Source of the DNA: Psammoneis japonica
Taxonomy: Eukaryota
Assembly (NCBI GenBank): GCA_008632985.1
Contig: QPGO01000037.1
Location: forward strand, 186,001 to 250,000
Direction: 5' to 3'
Length of the DNA stretch: 64,000 bases
Positions 36,179 through 47,400 of the stretch are shown piece by piece; the stretch's first letter is position 1; every line of letters begins with the position of its first letter. Both the position numbers and the translations under genes were made by a program. Below the pieces are notes generated by a model. That model did no database searches, was not told the origin of the DNA, and saw only the letters and a list, made by a program, of their open reading frames with translations.

Positions 36179-39100
36179 TCATACAACGTCAACAAGCCGC
36201 GCTTTGATCTTCTTTAGTGTCCGCCCTTTTGTGTCGAGCGCGATGTCGACCACGTTAACATGTGCAGATACTTTGCGTGTTGTATTATTGGTTTCATCCA
36301 TACCCTCCAAGAGTGGTACTGGGACTTCAAGAGTTCTTCTTATTGAGAAGAACATTGTTTCAACCATCTCTGCTGTAAAGTAGACTTTAACTCTCAGCAC
36401 GGTTTGTTCTCCTTTAGCACGTGCTTCTTTTCGATTCTTGTAATCACCAAGTATTCGTCCTTTGCGGTAAACTCCAGAAGGCCCCACGTAAGGCTGGCGA
36501 AGAACATAGGCTCCGCCAGCCAGTGAGTCCCTCATGGCCACTTGCACCAGCAAGGGTTCGTGAATTGGAATGTACTTGGTCTGCGCATTGGCCGGGCTTA
36601 TGATAAGTTGCTGCGCGATTTGGTCCATGTAAGTAAGGGGGGCGTAACCTTGAAAATCGTTTGATATGCAAAAGTTAAGCAAGTAATCGGGTTCGAAATC
36701 GAATACATCACAATAAGACGGCATCGATTTTGTCAAGGCTTGATAGGCGCAGCATGTATATCGCTCGTTGACGGCACCAACCGGATTTCTCAGTAGTTCC
36801 ATGAAGGATGACTCTCCCACGTAGTATTTGTCACCTTGACAGCCGGGAATACAAGAAACTTCATCGTAACCCGGTAGGGAACGACCGATAAGATCGGACC
36901 ATTTCGAGCAGTCGCTAGTACCAGCACAGTTCGCTCCTTCATCTGTCCCTACGCCATAGTCATACTCGTCAACGAGTTCAAACAACGAGTGACCTAGCTC
37001 ATGAACTGCAATTTGTGCACCTTTTGGATGTGTTGACATGGTTGCGATGTTCTCGGCAGTGTAACCAGCTCCACCGTACTTTTCGTCATTATTATGAATA
37101 ACCACAGTCTGAAGGTTACCACTGCTACTCGCCGGAAAGCACTTTGAGGACAGCTCTTTTGACTTTTCGATATCACAACCAGCAATTTTGGTGAGCGTGC
37201 AAAGGTTAAGATCATTGCTTTGAAGAAAGCTCACGGTGCCACCAAAATTCAACTTACAGAGAAGGCGATCGATGCCAAAGCACCCAAAGTTGCAAAATGC
37301 TGGTTGTTTCTTGGCCGTGTCAACTCGAAAAATGTTGAGCTGATCCACGCTTTCACTAAACATGTTGTATCCCCTGAACGCTTCGTATGCTTGCGCAACC
37401 TCTCTTTCCCACTTCTTCCTGTCCCTCTTACTACCGGTAAAACCTGATCCAATAAAGACTTTGTTGATCCTGTTTTCATCAAAGGGAGTTCCAAAGTTGT
37501 GCTTGATAGGATGGCACTCAGAGGAAGCCATGCACACACCACTCCTACATGTTCCTGATACACATTCTCCGTTGTCAGAACACACCTTCCCTGTTTGACG
37601 ACGCGGGCTTGTTGGAGATGGTGTCGGCCAATTTGTCGGGTCGGGAACAACTGTGGGGGATCTCGTTGGTACCTTTGTTAGCCTTGGTGTTGGAAAAGAA
37701 GTGGGTCCAGCTGTAGAGGACACAGTAGGGCTCATGGTTGAAGAACGTCTTGGTATGTCGTTCGGAGATCTTGTTTGTTTTGAAGGAGCGACAGACGGGG
37801 AAGATGTTTGCGCAACGGTTGGCGGGGACGTTTGAGATTCAGTGGGGACGAGGCTTGGCCGCAAAGACGGCGATTTTGTCGGCTGTACTGTCGGCTCCAA
37901 AGTCGGTGAGGATGTTGGTACTATGGTTGGTATGGATGTTGGAAGCTCCGTTGGGGCCGAGGTTGGCCGCGACGTCGGTAGTTGCGTTGGCTGCTCTGTC
38001 GGCCCAAAGGTCGGGAAAGCTGTCGGCAAAGCTGTGGGAGCTTGAGTTGGATTGCTTGTCGGTCTAGTCGTTTTCTTTGCAAGAGCCATGGCTTTGTATC
38101 CTGAACATTCGACGAGTTTGCCACAATATTCGTTGCATTTCTCGACTCTTTCAACCGGGATACTTTCTGGAGAAAAGCAGCCAGCCTGCTCACAAGATTT
38201 GCACATCATGTCTTGAGATGGTGCAGTAGTTAGGAGAGCCGGAACGGGAGACGGCTGGCGAGTAGGAGTAGAAGTCGGAATTGATCGTTTTTGAGACAAC
38301 GAAAGTGGGAAAACGCCGTATCGTCGGCACCCCAGCATGGACTTGCATTGCATTTCTTCACACTTCTCGGAATCATTTTCGCTATCATAACATCCTTCTT
38401 TCAAGCATTCAATGCATTTCTTGCAGTCGTCCTCCTCGCTCTTGTAAAGTGTTTTGCAAGCTTTCTCAAGTTTTTCGTAGTAAGGTACCACAGGTATGTC
38501 GTTTTCACAACCTCGTAAGCGATCGCACTCGTGATTCTTACACTCTTTATCATCACGGAGTGCATTGTAACAGTTTTTCTTGAAACACGCCACACAATCT
38601 TTACAATCTTCTTTCTCTCCCTTGTCGTAAATTGCAGCACAGCCGCTCTCCATGTGTTTCAGAGACTCAAATGGATCATAGTCAACTTGTGGGACAACGG
38701 AAGCAATAGGAAAGACACCGTATCTCTCACAGCGCGACACGGTTTTGCATTTCAACTCGTCACATTTTCAGTAGTCAAACCCTCTATTTTCGTTGTAACA
38801 TCCTTCTTTTGAGCACTTTACACAATCGGTGCAACCGTCGTCACCTTTGTGGCGTGATTTGCAGGTTTCTTCAAGTTGTTCATGTTGCGGTACCAGAGGA
38901 ATGTGTTTATCGCAGTTTTCCAACAGCATGCACCCATTACTAATGCATTTATCTTCGTCACTGCTGCTGCTTAGGTCGATGAAACATTCATCTTTGTAAC
39001 ATTTGACGCATTGGTCACAAAGTTTCTTATTTGCCTCTTCATAAACCGCCTTGCAGCCGTTTGCCATGTGTTCAAGCGATGCGAACGGATGAGGTACATC

Positions 39101-39294
39101 GATTCCTTCACAAATAAAAACACGAGTATGGATGATAAATTAGCTGTGTGTTGCTTCTAGTCATGATTTTATGAACGTAAAACGTATCTCGACAATCAAC
39201 GAAGCCGAGAAAACTTCGACATGTACGCACCATTGCTCTTCCCTGCTAGCGACGCTAGCAACACTAGGAAGGAAATAAGCTGTAGATTATTCAT
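36179..39294 (-). CDS. Secreted multidomain protein: Cys-rich repeats, Pro/Thr stalk, peptidase M64-like zinc metallopeptidase
   Basis: Signal peptide MNNLQLISFLVLLASLAG; intron ~39230-39106; repeated CxxCxxC units; PT(A/S)xPT repeats; YGGAG..IAVHELGHSLFELVDEY (HExxH + DEY). One frameshift near 38770. Confidence 0.8.
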
Positions 39295-39605
39295 GGTCAA
39301 TGACCTTTTCTACGTTAGTGCATCAGCAATGACAAGGCTGGGCCGCTGCAGCTTTAGACGTGATGCCACAAATAGTTTCGTATGAATTGAAATTGTGAGG
39401 AGACGACGCAAGTTGGAGGAATTTGTGGAAGAAGTTCGCTTTCTCAAATGACTGTGACTGTCTCAACAACTGGAGGAGGACATTTTAGAACCTGTACTCG
39501 TACTATACATAATATTCAATTCTGAATGTAGAGGTACAGTATCAAACCTGGCAGGCAGAAACAAGGCACAGCAGATGATTCAAAATGATAGATTGATTCG
39601 ACCCA

Positions 39606-39633
39606 ACACACACACACACACACACACACACAC
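39606..39633. repeat. (CA)n microsatellite upstream of SIT
   Basis: Perfect ac run of about 14 units. Confidence 0.95.
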
Positions 39634-39881
39634 CCGCGAGCGAGACAGACATACACTGAGATCAATCTCAATTCTCAATCGTGTTGTCGCGGCGATGCCA
39701 AAAGAGAGTCGTTGCGAACATCTTCTTTACTGTACCATATCATGTCACATACCAAAGTTTCATTACACCCAATCTCGAGCACACGAGGTAAGAAGCGTTA
39801 GTCGATTGGTATTTGCGGTAGGCAAGCTGAGAAAGCTAACGTCGTTTGTTTCCTGGGCGTTTCGTTCAGGCAGGACTGACA

Positions 39882-42800
39882 ATGGACCACGAGATTGCGC
39901 AGGTTAGTGTTAGTGATGGAGTGCTGAATGACACGGTAGAATCGCAAGCAAAAGAAAGAATAATAGCAGATATTAAAGACTATGATGCGTTCGAAGAAGA
40001 AGCCGAAGATGGATTTTCCTCAGAAGATACCGCTCAGAGTAGCACTTGGACCTTTTCAGACAACCTTATTTTACCAGATCCACAGCCAGAAGAAAACACA
40101 ATAGCAAATATCAACCCCTACGCCGCTCAGCAACAGGATGATACTTCCGATGCAAGTGTGCGAGGAGATTTTCCTGAGAACCGAATTCTCCCAATTGCCG
40201 ATGAGTTTGGTCAGCCTTCTCACTACCCTGGCGAGCATGCATCCTATAGATCACAGAAGCAAGCCGAAGAAGTGAATGACTTGGACGCCCCTAGATCAAT
40301 CATTACTGCAGGGTTTGAATCGTTCAAGTACATCTACTCATTAGCGCTACTCGTATTCTCAGTTGTCGTTGTCATGGCGTCAACCTTCTCAAAACAGACA
40401 ACCGCGACACAGGATGCGAACATTCACCCCGCTCTCGCGTTTTTCATCTTTTGGTTCTTGATTTTCTGGCTTGGAATAATGGAAGGAGGACAAGGATGTA
40501 TTGTCGGTCTCAAGTCAGTTGATAAGAGTCTCTATTCTGAGAGTCATCCAAAAACGTTGAAATGCACGAGACTCGCTCACAAGGGAGACAACACCAGACG
40601 GTTCATTGTTGGGCGTCAGTTTATGGTGGTCCTGGTCGTTTTCATTTCCAACTTTATGTCCACCCCCATAGAAGGATCAAGTGTGCTGGGCATGTCAGAG
40701 GGTGCCACAGCCTTTTTCCTTGCATCCGGGCTTGCTCTCACCTTGACGACGATTATGATTGGTCAGCTTTCTGTCCAAATCAATGCCGCAAATTGTATGC
40801 TGGATTTCATCAACAACTACTTCATGGACTTTGCGACGTTTGTGTCGCTTGCAATTGAGTTCTCCGGTGTGATGCATTCGGTCTATCTAGTCCAAACCTT
40901 CTTTTGCTCGATCACTGGCGAGCGCATCGAATCAAATGAAGCTCCAAGAAATGTGCTTCAAAATATTTTCTTCTGGGCCAGGGTATTGCTTTCTACCGCA
41001 CTGCTAGGCTTTGCCTTTGCAGTCACAATAACGGCTCTTTTTGAAGGAAAGACTAGAATGTGGGAAGGCCTCCCGCCTGCCGCATCAGTGGTTATCTTCT
41101 TCTTTTTAATGGGCTTTGTTGGCATCATGGAGGGCATGCAGATTGCACTCTTTGCTTTTACGGACATTCCTACGGAGGCTCTTGAAAAGTCGAGTGTTGC
41201 CAAGAAGAATTGCGACCTAGTATTCAAGGGACAGAATTTGCAAGCAGTTTTGATTGGACGTCAAATCTGCGTTACCTCTTGCATGTTTGTCATTGCTCGA
41301 ATCACTACGCTCGATGTTGACGTTGATACTGAGGAGGATACAATCTTTGGTGTCTCGAATGGCCTACAAGAATTCTTCAACACCGGTTTGCTTGGAGCAG
41401 TCATTACAACGATTGTTGGGTCTTTGGCTTGGCGCGTAGTTGCTACGTCATTCCCGTTGGCTTTCTTGTCCAACCCTCTCACCTTTCTCAGTATCCGGCT
41501 ATGTTTGCTTTTCGAGGCCTCTGGACTATGTTCAGCTTCCTGGGTGCTCGCCCGGCTTACCAAGTTGCTCGTCGGCTTTCAACCTGATGAAGTTTACCTA
41601 AGTGGTGCCGAGCCGCACACCACCCAGCCTGTTACTCGTCGGGACAAGGACATCGACCGCACCTTGGCTGTTATTCGGTATCTGTATTCATTGTTACTGC
41701 TGGTGTTTTCTGTCGTTGTTGTCGTCGCGGCTATATTCTCCGAAAAAACCGTGGGAACCAAGGAGAAAGGCATTCATCCTGTTGCCGCTTTCTTTATCTT
41801 CTGGTTGCTGATGTTTTGGCTTGCAATGATGGAAGGAGGACAAGGTGCACTTGTTGGTCTTCAATCCATCGACAAGGAAGACTATAAAGGTACTCACCCA
41901 CGAACTCTCAGGTGTGCGACCCTTGCTCACAAGGGAGACAATATGGGACGATTTATTGTTGGAAGACAATTTCTTGTCGTCTTGGTGCTCTTCTTTTCGA
42001 ACTTGATGTCTTCCGCTTCGGAAGGGACCACCGTTCTTGGACTACCAGACGCCCTCAACGAAATCTTTTTTGCCAGTGGGATTGCGCTTTTCTTGATTAC
42101 AATCATGATTGGTCAGCTCACCGCACAAATCAACGCCGCATACTGCATGCTTGATTTCATTAACAACTACCTGATGTTGTTTACTACCTATGTTTCCTTG
42201 GGTATTGAATTCTCTGGCTTGTTGCACTCGGTGTACTTGGTGAAATCAATATCATCCAAGGTCACCGGAACCCGTGTTCCTACTAATGAGCCACCAAAGA
42301 GCGTTGCTCAGAGCATATTTTTCTGTGGGCGCATTATCGCCTCCATTCTTATTCTTGGGCTTTCCTTGGCCGTCACCCTCACCGCACTCTATCAAGGCAA
42401 GACAACGGCTTGGGACGGAGTCCCGAAATCCGTTTCTGTCCTTATATTCTTTGTCTTGCTATGCTTTGTTGGCGTGATGGAAGGTATGCAGATCGCGCTC
42501 TTTGCCGTTGTGAACATGGAAGAGGAGAAACAGGAACGCCACTCCATCGCGCATGCCATCTGCAAGTTGGTATTCAGTGGTCAGAACCTTCAAGCTTTTC
42601 TGATAGGTCGTCAGATCTGCGTTACAATTTGCATCTTTGTGATTGCTCGCATAACAACACTTGACGTCGATCTTGCCACCGGGGATACAATCTATGGTGT
42701 AAGCAATGGCATGCAAAGATTTTTCAATACTGGTATTCTTGGCGCAATTATCACAACGATAATTGGTTCGCTGACATGGCGAATAGCCGCTTCGACATTT

Positions 42801-44375
42801 CCCCTAACGTTCTTGTCGAATCCTCTTATCTACCTCATTCTTCGAGTATGCCATGTGGTTGAAGCCTCCGGGTTGTGCTCCGCGTCCTGGCTTCTCGCAC
42901 GCTGGAACAAGCTCTTCGTGAACTATCAACCCGATGAGGTATATCTGGAGGGAGCCGAACCTCATGGAAAGGAACCCGTTACAAAGCGCGACAAGGACAT
43001 TGATGTAACCGTGTCTGCCATCAAATACGGCTGCTCACTTGGTTTACTCATATTTTGTGTTTCGATTGTGATGACCGCAATATTCAGCTCGCAGACAAAC
43101 GTCGCCTTGAACACCCATCCAGCAGTGGCATTCTTCGCTTTCTGGTTCTTGCTGATCTGGCTAGGTATGATGGAAGGCGGCCAAGGGTGCCTTGTAGGTC
43201 TTCAGCTTGTTGAAAAGACACTTTACGTGGAGAGTCATCCTCGGACGTACAAATGTACTACACTTGCGCACAGAGGCAAAAACATGGAACGTTTTATTGT
43301 TGGACGGCAATTCTTAGTCGTCCTTGTTGTGTTCGTCACCAACCTGTGTGGTGCGGCTGTTGAAGATGCTAGTGTACTGGGTCTTTCAGACTCAGTGAAC
43401 CAGATCTTTTTGGCTTCTGGCGTTGCCATAATCCTGACAACGGTTATGGTTGGTCAGCTTGCGGCACAAATCAATGCGGCAAATTGCATGCTGGACTTCA
43501 TCAACAACTATTTCATGCTATTTACAATTTACGTCTCGCTTGCGATTGAATTCTCCGGGCTGCTGCACTCCGTGTACCTTGTCCAAATCTTCTTCGCTAG
43601 GATTGCGAACAAACCAAACGAATCCAACAAGCCGCCGCGCACTAAATGTCAGAATGTCTTCTTCTGTACCAGAACACTACTTTCACTGGTCATTCTCGGC
43701 TTTGCATTTGCCGTGACGCTGAATGCGGTTTTCAAAGGGCTGACAACCATGTGGGATGGTATTCCATCGGCCGTGTCAATTGTATTATTCGTCATTCTCA
43801 TGTGCGCCGCCGGTGTGATGGAGGGCATGCAGATTGCACTCTTTACGGTCGTCAATATGCCGGAAGAAGACATCTCAAAGTCCCCGATTGCCAACAAAAA
43901 CTGCAAACTAGCTTTTACGGGTCGAAACCTTCAGGCGTTCTTAATTGGGCGCCAGATCTGCGTGACTGTTTGCATGTTTGTTGTCGCACGGATTTCAACC
44001 CCCAACGTTGATGTTGACGCAGGAGAAGAAACTATGTTCGGCGTTCCACGAGGCCTCCAGGATTTCTTCAACACTGGCTTACTTGCAGCTGTTATAACGA
44101 CCATTGTAGCTTCTTTGGCCTGGCGTGTAATCGCCTCATCCTTCCCTCTGGCGTTCCTGTCAAATCCACTAATCTATGTCACCATTCGCATATGCTTGGT
44201 AGTTGAGGCGTCGGGTCTCTGTTCCGCTTCATGGCTGCTTGCCTCCGTTCATAAGCAGGTCGCTGGTTTTGATTTTGATGAAGTGTACGTCGGTAACTCA
44301 GAAGGTGTGGAGGAAGGAGAAGCTAAGCAGTCGGAAAGAGATGTAGAGATGGGGTTTGACGTTGTGTACAAATGA
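39882..44375 (+). CDS. SIT: Silicon transporter with three complete SIT units in one ORF (1497 aa)
   Basis: Three repeats, each with MEGGQG, VGRQF, GQL..CMLDFINN, MEGMQIA and IGRQ. Units at ~40315-41600, ~41660-42950 and ~43010-44290. Possible upstream intron 39788-39869. Confidence 0.97.
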   Translation: MDHEIAQVSVSDGVLNDTVESQAKERIIADIKDYDAFEEEAEDGFSSEDTAQSSTWTFSDNLILPDPQPEENTIANINPYAAQQQDDTSDASVRGDFPENRILPIADEFGQPSHYPGEHASYRSQKQAEEVNDLDAPRSIITAGFESFKYIYSLALLVFSVVVVMASTFSKQTTATQDANIHPALAFFIFWFLIFWLGIMEGGQGCIVGLKSVDKSLYSESHPKTLKCTRLAHKGDNTRRFIVGRQFMVVLVVFISNFMSTPIEGSSVLGMSEGATAFFLASGLALTLTTIMIGQLSVQINAANCMLDFINNYFMDFATFVSLAIEFSGVMHSVYLVQTFFCSITGERIESNEAPRNVLQNIFFWARVLLSTALLGFAFAVTITALFEGKTRMWEGLPPAASVVIFFFLMGFVGIMEGMQIALFAFTDIPTEALEKSSVAKKNCDLVFKGQNLQAVLIGRQICVTSCMFVIARITTLDVDVDTEEDTIFGVSNGLQEFFNTGLLGAVITTIVGSLAWRVVATSFPLAFLSNPLTFLSIRLCLLFEASGLCSASWVLARLTKLLVGFQPDEVYLSGAEPHTTQPVTRRDKDIDRTLAVIRYLYSLLLLVFSVVVVVAAIFSEKTVGTKEKGIHPVAAFFIFWLLMFWLAMMEGGQGALVGLQSIDKEDYKGTHPRTLRCATLAHKGDNMGRFIVGRQFLVVLVLFFSNLMSSASEGTTVLGLPDALNEIFFASGIALFLITIMIGQLTAQINAAYCMLDFINNYLMLFTTYVSLGIEFSGLLHSVYLVKSISSKVTGTRVPTNEPPKSVAQSIFFCGRIIASILILGLSLAVTLTALYQGKTTAWDGVPKSVSVLIFFVLLCFVGVMEGMQIALFAVVNMEEEKQERHSIAHAICKLVFSGQNLQAFLIGRQICVTICIFVIARITTLDVDLATGDTIYGVSNGMQRFFNTGILGAIITTIIGSLTWRIAASTFPLTFLSNPLIYLILRVCHVVEASGLCSASWLLARWNKLFVNYQPDEVYLEGAEPHGKEPVTKRDKDIDVTVSAIKYGCSLGLLIFCVSIVMTAIFSSQTNVALNTHPAVAFFAFWFLLIWLGMMEGGQGCLVGLQLVEKTLYVESHPRTYKCTTLAHRGKNMERFIVGRQFLVVLVVFVTNLCGAAVEDASVLGLSDSVNQIFLASGVAIILTTVMVGQLAAQINAANCMLDFINNYFMLFTIYVSLAIEFSGLLHSVYLVQIFFARIANKPNESNKPPRTKCQNVFFCTRTLLSLVILGFAFAVTLNAVFKGLTTMWDGIPSAVSIVLFVILMCAAGVMEGMQIALFTVVNMPEEDISKSPIANKNCKLAFTGRNLQAFLIGRQICVTVCMFVVARISTPNVDVDAGEETMFGVPRGLQDFFNTGLLAAVITTIVASLAWRVIASSFPLAFLSNPLIYVTIRICLVVEASGLCSASWLLASVHKQVAGFDFDEVYVGNSEGVEEGEAKQSERDVEMGFDVVYK

Positions 44376-44490
44376 ACGAAAATATTTTTTAACGCGACTT
44401 TCGTAGCGGGTCACGCAATAGACTAGAACTTAAAAAAAGAAAATCAACCGTTGGCTATTATCATCACACCCAACACCGTTGTCGTCAACA

Positions 44491-47400
44491 TCACTGTGCA
44501 TCTGACGTTCCCTCGGCACTTCCTTTCTCCATTAGCATGTGCTCCGCAGAGAGCGCCAGATCTTCACTGAGACTTTCCTCCATCCATCCTTCGTGATCAA
44601 GTAGACACCGATGAAGCCGCCACTAAAGGCATCGCGGAAAGTAGCATGACGAATAGCCTTTATTCCAAGTGCAATGGCTTCCTCTTCAGTCATGTCGAAC
44701 CGTCTCTCTGTGTCGAGAATGCCGAGTGCAAACGTACTACCAGAGCCAACAGAAAACAGATCACCGCCGATTCGGACACCAGTGTTGTCCACGTAAAATA
44801 TGCTGGGCCCAGAGTCTTGATCGAATCCCATGATCATCGTTCCGACGGACAAATCAAGAGCTCGATTCTCATATAAGGCGTTTGATAGAATGCGGGACGC
44901 ACGCGCCACTGGCATGCGGCGGCCCTCAGTCAGCTCGTGAAGCATTGCCTCTGCTTTCAGTCTTCGGATCCAAAAGCTACAATCTGCAGCACCTCCTGCC
45001 ATAGTCCCAAGCATGTGGCTGCGAAAGAGGGATGAAGCAAAAGCATCAGTATAATATCATAACTGCAATTGTCACCTTGCTATCGACTGCGGTACGTACT
45101 CATTGATTGGCAAGACCTTCTGCGTTGTTTTCGAGCCCACAAAATTTCCAATACTAGCTCTTGAATCAACCGCCGCAATAATCCCACCTTGGAATATAAA
45201 GGAAAGTGTTGTGGTACCATGGTCAAACTCAAGTGGCGGAGGGGAGACGCTGCCTAGCATGTCGCCTTCACCCCGAAAATCAACATTGATTTCATCATGA
45301 CTTCCTCCTCTGAGATCGTCAAGGGTACTAGGAACGGAAGACGGTCGCGTGGGAATTGTCCGAGGAGAAAAGATCCCATTTGTTCGGTCCACAAAGAATG
45401 CCATTGCAGCTGCGGCGCCCAGTATGAGCCGACCTCGAACATTATTTGAAATCGTACGGCCTGCGCAAGTGTGAGCGCTGCGATTCAGAGTGGTATAATT
45501 ACGCCTCGTACCGGAAGCTGGGCGAACTTGTTTCACAATGTCTCTCACAACTGACGGCCCGCCAGCTTGAGGAACTGCATTTTGTACGCCCTTGAAGGGC
45601 GTAGAAGCCACAACTGGATCTGATCTGCTGCCACCCGTCGGCGACAAAGAACTGGCAACTACAGCTGTAACCGGCGGAGGAACAATGGTTGACGGACCGA
45701 CGCCAACGGATATCTTTCTTATGTCAATACGAGGGGCCGAGGATTCAAAACTATTCCCTATCTGCGAACCGACATAGTTCGATCCATTCATGGGAGCACC
45801 TGCTGATTCGTCTGACGATGCCACAGCCGGAGAAGACGCATTCACAGCTGCCCTGCTATTCGCAGCTGCACCCAAGGGAGATGTAATCTGACCTGCATTT
45901 TTCTGTGCGTTGGAGAAGAAAGGGTCCTTTTCTAGGCGAGCAGGCACTCCATCAAATCGAATATCACGGGCTGAAGGTGTTAGTAGAGCTGCGTCGATTG
46001 GCACCTCAACCTCAAACTTTGCAAAATGTTTGAAAGATGATCCGTCAGGAAGCGTTTTGACACCCTTCAAGGGTCTGACTGAAACTGTTGTTCTACTTGA
46101 CGGAAACTTTAAACCGCCAGTTCCACACAATCCCTCACCGGCTGTAGCCTTTTTCAGAATAGTCTTTCTTGTTTGATCCCAGTTATCCTTTTCCTCTTCT
46201 GTCCAATTTCGGGAAGGACTTGCACCACGTACTGTAACCTCGCCGTCTGAAACAGCAGTGACGAAGCCTTCGATAAAGTATGGGTACCCTATGAATACCG
46301 TGGTGCCAATAAATTCTGGTCCGAGGACAGGAACAGGTGGTAGAAAGCCCTTACTATCAGCCACCTCCAGAATAGCTGTTAGGTATCGGCTTCTCAAACC
46401 AAACACGTTGATGCCTAGTCGTCGACGCGACAGGCTTTGAATGGGAGCGTCTTGAAGCGTCGGGAAACCGGCTTGTGGAGAGACAGCGTCCTTGGCCGGT
46501 AACTTGGGACGAAACCGTTCATTTTCACTCTGTTGCTTCACATCCCATTCCGTCGAATCCAGCGTCTGCATCTTTGCTGTACAAGCCTCAATCATTTTAA
46601 AGTACTTTCGACCTTCTGTGCCGACTCCCATCACATTTTCTTCGACGTAATGGGGATCGTGTGCAAACACAAACGGTTTCCCGATAACGTTCCTTTGCTG
46701 TTCTTCCTCCGACAACATGTCGTTGGTTACAGACGTACGCGATGCATCCAAGAGACGCCGGGAATCAATAAATGGTAAAAGAACAACGGCCTCCCAAGGC
46801 CATCGCTTTCCATTCATATCGACCGTAAACGATCTGGGGTAGAACTCTGCAATCGGTGACGACTTTTCTGTCATAAGCCATCGATACGGCTTTGGCACAA
46901 GATGAGCGTTTGAGGGCGGAAGACATCCCATGAGTTGCTCGAATGGTCGCAGGGGTTCACCTAATTCATCAAAGGAAATCTCATTCAACATTTCGTCAAC
47001 GTCAACTAAATCGCTTAGCATCGGACCTGCGCGAAGGAGGATTTTGGCAGTCACGAGTCAAATACCGACACGAGTTTCCGAACATGGTTAGCGTCTGCCG
47101 TCCTTAAACCGCCACGAGAAACGACAAAACGAACAAACCAATCTCACCGTAATGATAAGGGTAATACCAGTCCCACGACACACAGCCTTCATAGTAGTAC
47201 TTAAGATTCCAAACGAGTCCTTCAATATAAGCTTTCCGAAGCGCCAGATGCTTTTCAGCATCAAAAGGAGTGAATTGGAACTTTCCAAAGTAGTACCGTC
47301 CCTTCAGATCATCTTTATTCACAGAGTCGGAAATCAAGCTCACGGTACTATCAGTTGCGTCATTTGATGGAGCGGAATACTCAAGAAGCTTTGAAAAGAG

